Source: an uncultured Lachnospiraceae bacterium (GTDB lineage Bacteria > Bacillota > Clostridia > Lachnospirales > Lachnospiraceae). Taken from it: a stretch of DNA of 52,105 bases. The notes beneath the pieces were generated by a model, which made no database searches, was not told the DNA's origin, and saw nothing but the letters and a program-made list of their open reading frames with translations. Every line of letters begins with the position of its first letter. Position 1 is the stretch's first letter. Positions 7,714 to 15,566 of this stretch are shown one piece after another. The DNA is taken from contig CADBMH010000317.1 of NCBI GenBank assembly GCA_902795705.1, positions 1 to 52,105 of the forward strand, given 5' to 3'. Both the position numbers and the translations under genes were made by a program.

Positions 7714-10077
7714 CTATTTCTCCGATTCTCCACCTGACGGTTTTTCCGGCTTTGGCGTATCTTCCACCGGCTTTTCTGTTGGTTTTTCTGTTGGTTTTTC
7801 CGTTGGCTTTGCAGTTGGTTTTACCGTCGGTTTTGCTGTTGGCTTTTTCGTTGCTTTCGGTTTTTTCGTTGCCTTGGGCTTTTTTGTTGCCTTTGCCTTT
7901 TTCTTCTCTGACAAACTCTTTTTCGCCTTCGTTGACTGACTCTTTTTCGTATTCGTCTGCTGCTTTTGTAACGAATCATTTCGATTTGTTATAGCCTGAG
8001 CTGTCGGCTCCGGTGTTTTCTTCGCCTCCATGGTAACAAGAACCGTATCTCCTGCTTTAAACAAAACATCCTTCGCAGCAATAGAAAGCTTCTTTTTTTG
8101 CTTTACAGCAACGCCGGTAACCATTTCTCCTTTTCCTTTGGTCTTCACAATCACACCTTTTAGTTCTCGGAGCTTCTTTAATAATCCATCCGCATCCTCT
8201 GTCGAATAGGTTATCGTCTTACCGACCACCGTAAAAAGTGCACCTCCGGTTTTATCTGAACTGTAACGCTCTCCCGGCTTCACTGCCTGCGAAACAATAT
8301 ATCCGGCTCCGTATTCCTTTGACAACGAATAATACTCTTCGTTCACCGGAAGCTTATCTTTTGCAGTATTTGCCCTTACTTCCTTTTTCCCGTCCTTTGT
8401 ATAAGTATCTACCTTAAACGAAACATCTTTGACATATGTCCCGACATAATCCTTCATAGCTTCAATCCAGTATATATCACCTGTATATTGAAAAATATTC
8501 TTAATATCCGCAAAAACAAGAAATCTTTCGTCATTTGCCTCTGACAAAAGCTGTCCGGGCGTAATCTCGGTTCCATCCTTTAACTCTATCTTTGCAAGTT
8601 CTCCATATGGCTTTGATCTCGGCTCTTTCGATGCCTCTCCCATATAAATCTGCTCTTTCAATTCCTCATTAAAAAGATATTGTGAGGCAACCCAGCTTCT
8701 GACAACACGATACTGTGCACGCTTCGATGTGAGCACAGTGCAGCCGATTTCAATCTTCCCGTCAGACCTTACTGTCTCATCCCCTATAGAGCGAACCTCT
8801 GTCCCCGGACTCACTGTCTGATCCACAATTTTTTCCCCGTCTGCCTCTATATCAAAAATAATCTCCGGTTTTAATATAAAGCCATCTTTTTCCACCTCGG
8901 AAACTGCTTCTTCATAGGATGCAAATTTTGTCAGATCAGGTACCTTCACCGTTTGCTCCGATATGGTTCCCTGATCTACCGGTTTTCCTCCGGAATTTCG
9001 ATGTGTTACTGCGGCAATACCTCCGACGGCCAGTCCTAACACCAGAATACCTGCAATGGCAGCAGGAATCCACCTCTTCTTATCTTCCGATGACGATTCT
9101 TTCCTCCGAATCCTGCGCTTTGTATCCGAATTTTCAAGTTCCTGTAAAAAAGCCCCCGCTGATACGGTTCTGTCCTGTTTATGTACATGTAACGCATTCA
9201 TCAGAGCATTCTGAACCGAAGCTTGGATCTCAATTCCAAGCTCTTCCGGAGTCTTAAGCTCATCCTTTAATGCCCGGTCTGCAGCCTCCGCAGGCATTTT
9301 TCCTGTAATCATGCGATACATAACCGCAGCCAACGCATATACATCTGAAACCGGTTCCTTAAGCTTCTCAACACGGTACTGCTCCTCCGGCGCATATCCC
9401 CGCTTTATAACAGCAGCAAGACTTTTTGAGCTGGCAGACATTTCATAGCTGCTCACTCCGAACCCAAACAGCTTTAATCGGTTTTCCCTCGTCACAAACA
9501 GAGTATCCGGTGCAATATCTCTATGTACGATTCCATGCTCATGAAGTACCGCCATACCGCTTAACAGTTCACGAAACATCTCCACCACTTTGTCAGCAGA
9601 AAAATGTACCCCTTCATCAAGCTGCTCCTGTAAGGTCTGCCCCTCCAGATATTCTGTGACCACATAACCGGTATCGTTCTCCGAAATGCATTCGTATACC
9701 TGTGCAATTCCCGAAAGTCCCTGCATTTTTTCCAAAGCAGATGATTCATTTAAAAAGAAGATCAGTCCTTTAGAAAACTGCTCTAACGCATCCCCTGAGT
9801 AAATGGTTACCTTGCTTTCTCCACCGGAGCGCATAGAATAATCTCCCGGCAGATATTCGTTGATCATAACCTTTCTTCCATGCTCAGCATCCATACCGAT
9901 ATATGTTGCCATTCTGCCGGAATAACCAAGACCTTTTCCGACAATATATTTCCCTGCTAAAATAGTACCGGGGCGAAGATAGCATTCCTCCGTCTGCTTC
10001 CCTTCATTAAAGCCACAGTATGGACAGGTCACGACATGATCATTGATTTCTTCCATACAACCCATACAAAATTTCAT
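7714..10077 (-). CDS. Transmembrane Ser/Thr pseudokinase: Zn ribbon, degenerate kinase, TM, PASTA-like region, Lys/Pro/Thr tail
   Basis: Paralog of 5664-7682, but VAIKE is VMINE, HRDIAPDN is HRDIAPDT, DFG is GFG, and the Gly loop is GYSGRM. Confidence 0.85.
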   Translation of the reverse strand: MKFCMGCMEEINDHVVTCPYCGFNEGKQTEECYLRPGTILAGKYIVGKGLGYSGRMATYIGMDAEHGRKVMINEYLPGDYSMRSGGESKVTIYSGDALEQFSKGLIFFLNESSALEKMQGLSGIAQVYECISENDTGYVVTEYLEGQTLQEQLDEGVHFSADKVVEMFRELLSGMAVLHEHGIVHRDIAPDTLFVTRENRLKLFGFGVSSYEMSASSKSLAAVIKRGYAPEEQYRVEKLKEPVSDVYALAAVMYRMITGKMPAEAADRALKDELKTPEELGIEIQASVQNALMNALHVHKQDRTVSAGAFLQELENSDTKRRIRRKESSSEDKKRWIPAAIAGILVLGLAVGGIAAVTHRNSGGKPVDQGTISEQTVKVPDLTKFASYEEAVSEVEKDGFILKPEIIFDIEADGEKIVDQTVSPGTEVRSIGDETVRSDGKIEIGCTVLTSKRAQYRVVRSWVASQYLFNEELKEQIYMGEASKEPRSKPYGELAKIELKDGTEITPGQLLSEANDERFLVFADIKNIFQYTGDIYWIEAMKDYVGTYVKDVSFKVDTYTKDGKKEVRANTAKDKLPVNEEYYSLSKEYGAGYIVSQAVKPGERYSSDKTGGALFTVVGKTITYSTEDADGLLKKLRELKGVIVKTKGKGEMVTGVAVKQKKKLSIAAKDVLFKAGDTVLVTMEAKKTPEPTAQAITNRNDSLQKQQTNTKKSQSTKAKKSLSEKKKAKATKKPKATKKPKATKKPTAKPTVKPTAKPTEKPTEKPTEKPVEDTPKPEKPSGGESEK
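7769..7894. repeat. Coding tandem repeats: 6 x 12 bp (TxKP) plus 3 x 18 bp (KATKKP)
   Basis: ggtttttctgtt-type units at 7769-7840 and ggctttttcgttgctttc-type units at 7841-7894. Confidence 0.85.
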
Positions 10078-10140
10078 ATTTTTTCACACCCTTAGCACAA
10101 AGCACCCCATAAGGTTGCTTTTGCCCCTTAAAGAAATAGT

Positions 10141-12345
10141 TTAATAACAACTCCTTATCAAATAGCAATCCTTCTCGTTTTCTAAACGCTTTAACAGCAC
10201 AGACGGCACTCCGCTGTATTCAAAATAGCTTTCTGCCGCTTCCTTCCTGATCGGCATCTCTGTCGTCGCGTCTCCCTCTGCACCATAATTTGTCTGTGCT
10301 GCCTTACCAAGCAGCGTCCATAAAAGCCTTTCACAGGCAAGACGCTCTGACTTGCCCGACTTTGCAGAGATACTGTAGCAATTCGTATAACGTACCTGAA
10401 TCCTATCGTTATTCGTTAACAAAAATATCTGCCCGTTTTTCAGTCGTGATTTATTGTTCGGATCAACATCATTATATCCCGGCATAAAAGCTCTTGCTCC
10501 CATTCCCGCAATCATGCCCTTGCCATAAATATTCAAAGGTCCTGCCAGGCTTTTTTTTGCCACTTCCTCTTTTTCCACATTCAATTTGTTTTTCGTATTT
10601 GTAACTGCTGCATTTTCCTCAATCGTTCCATCCTTCTTACTTGCATCCGGATTTAAAAGAAGTGTAAAATAAGTCATGAATGGTTCCCGGATAGAAAAAA
10701 TTTCCTCCTGAGACTCGAAAAGCTCCTGTGCTTCGACCGCATCTCCCTCATTCTTTTCTCCACTCAGATATACGCTTTTATGATTCGGATTCTTAGGATT
10801 TTCGATATCAAACGCATAATAAAGCAATACATCCAATCTGGTCGGTATACTCTCCGCCGAAGAAAAATACTGCTTATATGTTTTTTCCGACAGAAAATAG
10901 TACTTGCTCTGATCCAATGCATCATATACAGAATCTTTTAAATTAACGGTATCATATTTCTTCAGATCCACTCCGTCACTGATGAACATATCCGGCATCT
11001 GCTCTGTATCTTTGACCTTTTCAAGCTCCTCCGGAAGATTATCCTTTACCTCTACTATGACCTTGGATACATTTCCATTATCCTGTATGATTTCCGCTGT
11101 TTTCTCATCCATACCGTCTCCGACCTTCGTAAACTCCCCGCCGGATCCATCGCTGTCATTTCCCGCAACAAGCTCTAAATCCTGTTTCGTCTCCTCGTCA
11201 TCTACCCAGATTGTAATTTCCGTTCCCTTTTCAATACTTTCACTAAGCATCGGATTACTCCGTTTTGAAAGCGTGATTCCCAACACGACAGCAAGCCCTA
11301 ATACAACTACCCCGGCTGCCGCAAGTCCAAACCGCCATATATGCATATGCTTTCTTTTCTTCGCCTTCGTCGCAGGATATTCTGCCATCCTTTTTTTATC
11401 TAACGACTCCTCAAGTTTTGTAATGCTTTGTATCCTAAGTGACGGATCTACAGCTAATGCCTCCATGATCGTCCGGTCAAGATTCGCTTCCAGCTCTATC
11501 CCAAGCTCTAAAGGAGACTTTAGCCCATCTTCTGCTTCGCGTTCAGACGCGGCAATCGGTTTCTCACCGGTGATCAAATGGTACAAAATCGCACCTACCG
11601 AATAGATATCCGAATAATACCCCGGCTTCTCATTCGGTCTGTATAACTCCGGCGCAGAATACCCTTCCTTCACCACCATATCTACCTTAATATCTCCGGT
11701 ATCCGTAAGAAAATAGGCAGAGCCGAAATCAAAAACCTTCATGGAAAGATCTTCCGAAATAAAGATATTATCCGGACTGATATCACGATGAATGATTCCC
11801 TCCGCATGAATTTTCTTTACCGCACTGATCAGGGGGCGTATAATATTTACCGCATCTGCAGGCTCTGTTTTCCCCCGTTCACTCAGATACTTCTTTAAGA
11901 GCGTTCCTTCAATATATTCCATGACGATATAAGCAGTCTGATTCTCCTCAAAAAAGTCATAGACATTGACAATATCCTTTGCCTTACCAAAGCGGGCAAT
12001 GCTCTGTGCCTCTGTCATAAACCTTTTTAAATGCGCCCGGTATCTTGCCGCCTGCGCTCCCGACTCGATCCGAAGCTCCCGTTCGCCCTGGCGTCTTCCT
12101 GCCAGTCCGGTCGGGTAAAATTCCTTGATCGCCACCACTACTCCTAACATACTGTCATAGCAGCGGTATGTAATCCCGAAACCACCTTCTCCGATGACCG
12201 GTCCCACGATGAAATGATCGGAAAGCACAGTTCCCGGCATAAGATGATGCGCTTTTTCAGGCGGTGTACCCTCCACATGTCCGCAAAACGGACATACTTC
12301 ATACTGCCCCTTTACTTTAAAACAGAACATACACAAATCGTTCAT
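10141..12345 (-). CDS. Transmembrane Ser/Thr protein kinase with Zn ribbon and an extracellular solute-binding-protein-like domain
   Basis: CMFC..CPFCG; GEGGFG, VAIKE, HRDISPDN, DFG, GYSAPE; TM; ectodomain motifs ITIWV, MPDMF, LLYY, YSISAKS..ACERLLWTLLG..Q, MPIRK resemble ABC sugar-binding proteins. Confidence 0.85.
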   Translation of the reverse strand: MNDLCMFCFKVKGQYEVCPFCGHVEGTPPEKAHHLMPGTVLSDHFIVGPVIGEGGFGITYRCYDSMLGVVVAIKEFYPTGLAGRRQGERELRIESGAQAARYRAHLKRFMTEAQSIARFGKAKDIVNVYDFFEENQTAYIVMEYIEGTLLKKYLSERGKTEPADAVNIIRPLISAVKKIHAEGIIHRDISPDNIFISEDLSMKVFDFGSAYFLTDTGDIKVDMVVKEGYSAPELYRPNEKPGYYSDIYSVGAILYHLITGEKPIAASEREAEDGLKSPLELGIELEANLDRTIMEALAVDPSLRIQSITKLEESLDKKRMAEYPATKAKKRKHMHIWRFGLAAAGVVVLGLAVVLGITLSKRSNPMLSESIEKGTEITIWVDDEETKQDLELVAGNDSDGSGGEFTKVGDGMDEKTAEIIQDNGNVSKVIVEVKDNLPEELEKVKDTEQMPDMFISDGVDLKKYDTVNLKDSVYDALDQSKYYFLSEKTYKQYFSSAESIPTRLDVLLYYAFDIENPKNPNHKSVYLSGEKNEGDAVEAQELFESQEEIFSIREPFMTYFTLLLNPDASKKDGTIEENAAVTNTKNKLNVEKEEVAKKSLAGPLNIYGKGMIAGMGARAFMPGYNDVDPNNKSRLKNGQIFLLTNNDRIQVRYTNCYSISAKSGKSERLACERLLWTLLGKAAQTNYGAEGDATTEMPIRKEAAESYFEYSGVPSVLLKRLENEKDCYLIRSCY

Positions 12346-12374
12346 GGTCTTTCCTCTCTCTGTCTGAACTGATA

Positions 12375-13178
12375 CTAATTACTCTTCATACTTGATAAAA
12401 TCGTATTCCAGTTAAAGCTGTCATTACATAAAGACATGAATACAAGATCGACATCACCGACAGTAATCTTATCATACGGCTTAATAGGAACCGGAGTAAG
12501 CACAACCTCATCATTATGATATACAAGACTGCTTGAATCTCCCGGCTGTACTAAATACAAATGCTTCTTCGGCTCATATACTACAATAGCATGACGGCTT
12601 CTGGATACACTTTTATCCCCGACTAACGCAACATCCATATCCTCACCGCGTCCGATAAAGTTTCTTCCCGTCACAAGCCGGAAATCCTCTCCGATATGTG
12701 CTCCGTTGATTGCGATCAGCCATCCTACGCAAGGCGCAGAAACACCAACATTTTTCTTCTCCGTTCCCGCACCTGCCGGTGCACCTGCACCTTTTGCTGA
12801 AACATTACCTGCCACCTCAGAAAACAGATCATCCATAAAAGCCATTGTATGATCATCATCTTCATCCTCTGCAGGCACATTTGCCTGAACATTCTGTTCC
12901 TGTGCATCAAATAAGTTCTCTGTGATATCATTCTCCGGCATCAAAGGAACCGTTGCATCGATCGGCTGCATCGGCATAACCGGAGCAGGCATCGGCATCG
13001 GAGCCGGAATTGGCGGCGGTGCCATCTGCGACATTGCCGCAGCAGCTCCTGCACCGACATCCTCTGAATAAAACTCCGTTACACTGTCATCCGTATTTAA
13101 GCCGTTTGCACAATGCGGACAGCTTGCATACTTCTCCCTGTCATAAAAATGTCCATTCTCACATCTGCATAAATTCAT
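12375..13178 (-). CDS. Zn-ribbon + disordered linker + FHA domain protein
   Basis: CENGH..CPHC; Pro/Met/acidic linker; FHA motifs IGR, SVSRSRH; start moved to ATG 13178 behind GAGGAGG. Confidence 0.85.
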   Translation of the reverse strand: MNLCRCENGHFYDREKYASCPHCANGLNTDDSVTEFYSEDVGAGAAAAMSQMAPPPIPAPMPMPAPVMPMQPIDATVPLMPENDITENLFDAQEQNVQANVPAEDEDDDHTMAFMDDLFSEVAGNVSAKGAGAPAGAGTEKKNVGVSAPCVGWLIAINGAHIGEDFRLVTGRNFIGRGEDMDVALVGDKSVSRSRHAIVVYEPKKHLYLVQPGDSSSLVYHNDEVVLTPVPIKPYDKITVGDVDLVFMSLCNDSFNWNTILSSMKSN

Positions 13179-13217
13179 AGTTCTTTTCCTCCTCATAAAA
13201 GCTGCCACAATGTGGCT

Positions 13218-14072
13218 TTATTTTTGAAGCTGTGTTTCCATATATTTCATCAGAACCACAGAAGTGTTATCCTGTGACTTCGTATTTCCGTGTATAGCCA
13301 CCTCTACAAGCTGTTTCGCACCATCCTCCATCGAAATCCTGTCACTGATGAGAATCTGTCTGATCTGACTGTCCGTCAGAGTTTTTGTCACTCCGTCACT
13401 GCACAATAAAATCGTATCTCCATAATATAACGGAATCGGCGAGGTTGAAATATCCATTAAGCTGACATCTCCAATCCCCAGGAAGCTGATCAGTGCCTCC
13501 TTCTGTCGTTTTGCCGCATATTCTTCCTGTGTGATACTCCCCTCTGCAAGCATCTGGGTAAGTCTTAGATCATAATTATGATCTCTTGTCAGTCTTTGCA
13601 GATTTCCGTCATGTAGCAGGTAGATCCTGCTGTCACCGACCGAAGCCCAATAAAAATGATCATCCTCCACAATAACGGCAACCAGTGTTGTTCCTGAGCC
13701 ACGTCCGTTTTCCTTCGGAAATTGATAAATCGTCCGATCCGTCGCTGCAATACCTTTCTTAAAAAATGCCGGAATATTGATATTCGGTTCATTTTCTATT
13801 TTTCTAAACGCCTGTACAATCATCTCCAATGCCGTTTTACTGGCCCTGCCACCGTCTGCCATTCCTCCCATTCCGTCACAAACAATCCCTAAGCTTCTCG
13901 TTGTCTTGTTTGCCGCAACCTTCTTTGTAGGTGTTACATAAGCTGCATCCTGCTGATACTCACGGTTACCGGTATCCATATAGAAGCAGGTGCGTATCTC
14001 CGGTATGGTCCGTACTCTGGCGGTAACCGGAACATCTTCCGCAGGGCTTTTTAAACCTTTTTTCCCGAACAA
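13218..14072 (-). CDS. PP2C-family Ser/Thr protein phosphatase
   Basis: GNREYQQD, CDGMGG, GTT, VGDSRIY, CSDGV, DNTS; TTG start with GGAGGT RBS next to the upstream stop. Confidence 0.93.
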   Translation of the reverse strand: MFGKKGLKSPAEDVPVTARVRTIPEIRTCFYMDTGNREYQQDAAYVTPTKKVAANKTTRSLGIVCDGMGGMADGGRASKTALEMIVQAFRKIENEPNINIPAFFKKGIAATDRTIYQFPKENGRGSGTTLVAVIVEDDHFYWASVGDSRIYLLHDGNLQRLTRDHNYDLRLTQMLAEGSITQEEYAAKRQKEALISFLGIGDVSLMDISTSPIPLYYGDTILLCSDGVTKTLTDSQIRQILISDRISMEDGAKQLVEVAIHGNTKSQDNTSVVLMKYMETQLQK

Positions 14073-14073
14073 C

Positions 14074-15441
14074 CTATATCACCTCCAAATAAAAAATATA
14101 TCTTCGCTCACCCGTCTGCAAATAAAACCATTCGTTCCGTCTCAGTCTTACACTTTGTCCGTTTTTCAATTTTCCTTTTGATGTGTAGGTTCCGTTTCTG
14201 GAACTGTCCGTTACATAAAATTCCCCGTCACCCGCATTAAACCAGACTACACAGTGTTTTCCGCTGATCTGCCTGTCGTTCAGGCAAATATCATTTTCAG
14301 AAGTATTTCTTCCGATCATTAACTTCCCGTTAATAAACGGCCACTCCTGCAAGTGCTCTGTCTGATCGGAATACTGCAATACCAGATAGACCTCCGCATT
14401 TTGCTTTCTCGGAACAGTCTGCTGCGATCCCTCCGTCACCCTCACACCGGGAATCGTCTTTGGCTCCTCCTTCAGCGCTACAGTAGCAATGCCCGATTCC
14501 ATATTCCTTATAAACTCTCTGACATCCTTTGGTCGCTTCTGCCAATCTGTTTCAAGCGCACGCATGATTGCCGTTTCCACCTGCATGGATAACTGAGGAA
14601 CAAATTTTCTTAACGGTACCACATCTTTTCCCAATTCTCTTTCCGGCGCCCCCGGAATCTTTTTTCCAGTCACCATATAATAGTAAGTTGCCGCAAGCGA
14701 ATATATGTCAGTCCAAGGCCCTTGCTTTCCGCTTTTTGAATACTGCTCAATGGGTGCAAAGCCCGGCTTTACCAAAACAGACAAACTATTTGGTACATCC
14801 AGAGCATATGCTCTGGTCGAACCAAAATCAATTAATTTGAAATGACCATCATTCTGCCTGATAATATTATCCGGACTGATGTCACGGTGTAAAAGCATGG
14901 ATCTATGGATTCCGTATAATGCCTCCGAAACCTCACTAAGCATAAACCCTGCCTCTCCCGGAGAAAATACAACACCCTTCTCCTTCATATATTTAGAGAG
15001 TGTTTTGCCTTCTATGTATTCCATAACCATATAGACCGTTCCATACAGATCAAAGAAATCCCAAACCTTTACAATTCCTTTTTCATTTTGAAGCGTTCTG
15101 AGCAGATTTGCTTCCTCAATAAAAAGCTGCATACCATGCTCATAATGGCTGAGAGCATCCTGATTCGGTATAATTTCTTTTGTCTGTATTTCCCTCTCTG
15201 ACCATTCTGCCGGAAAATATTCCTTCACGGCACACCGTCTTCTGTATGTATTATCATATGCCAGATAGGTCACACCAAAACCACCCATCCCCAAAACCCT
15301 TCCGATCAAATAGCGTCCTCTTAACCACTCACCCTCGGGCAGTGCACGCGTTTTTCTCGGTTCAGTCTGATATCCACATAACCTGCAGACCCCCTGCATA
15401 TATCCTTCAGAATGAAAACAGTTCGGACAAAAAGCTGTCAT
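14074..15441 (-). CDS. Soluble Ser/Thr protein kinase with N-terminal Zn ribbon and C-terminal FHA domain
   Basis: CPNC..CRLCG; GMGGFG, AVKE, HRDISPDN, DFG, GFAPIE; no TM; FHA motifs IGR, ISGKH, SRNGT; start ATG 15441 behind AAGGAG. Confidence 0.9.
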   Translation of the reverse strand: MTAFCPNCFHSEGYMQGVCRLCGYQTEPRKTRALPEGEWLRGRYLIGRVLGMGGFGVTYLAYDNTYRRRCAVKEYFPAEWSEREIQTKEIIPNQDALSHYEHGMQLFIEEANLLRTLQNEKGIVKVWDFFDLYGTVYMVMEYIEGKTLSKYMKEKGVVFSPGEAGFMLSEVSEALYGIHRSMLLHRDISPDNIIRQNDGHFKLIDFGSTRAYALDVPNSLSVLVKPGFAPIEQYSKSGKQGPWTDIYSLAATYYYMVTGKKIPGAPERELGKDVVPLRKFVPQLSMQVETAIMRALETDWQKRPKDVREFIRNMESGIATVALKEEPKTIPGVRVTEGSQQTVPRKQNAEVYLVLQYSDQTEHLQEWPFINGKLMIGRNTSENDICLNDRQISGKHCVVWFNAGDGEFYVTDSSRNGTYTSKGKLKNGQSVRLRRNEWFYLQTGERRYIFYLEVI

Positions 15442-15503
15442 AGGCAAAACTCCTTCCCTTCCTTAGGATTTCAAACCTTCCAAAACATCATCCTTTATAC
15501 CCC

Positions 15504-15540
15504 TGGCACAAATCAGCCGTTTTCGGCTGATTTTGCACCA
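15504..15540 (-). other. Strong intergenic stem-loop without a downstream U-tract
   Basis: UGGUGCAAAAUCAGCCG-AAAA-CGGCUGAUUUGUGCCA: 16 pairs and one bulge; the G-U pairs form only on the mRNA strand. Confidence 0.7.
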
Positions 15541-15566
15541 TTAATAAATAGTTTGAAAGTTTACTT

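Noticed and set aside
7714-10077. Pseudogene
   Set aside because: The frame is intact over 787 codons and the changes concentrate on catalytic residues, which fits a pseudokinase better than decay
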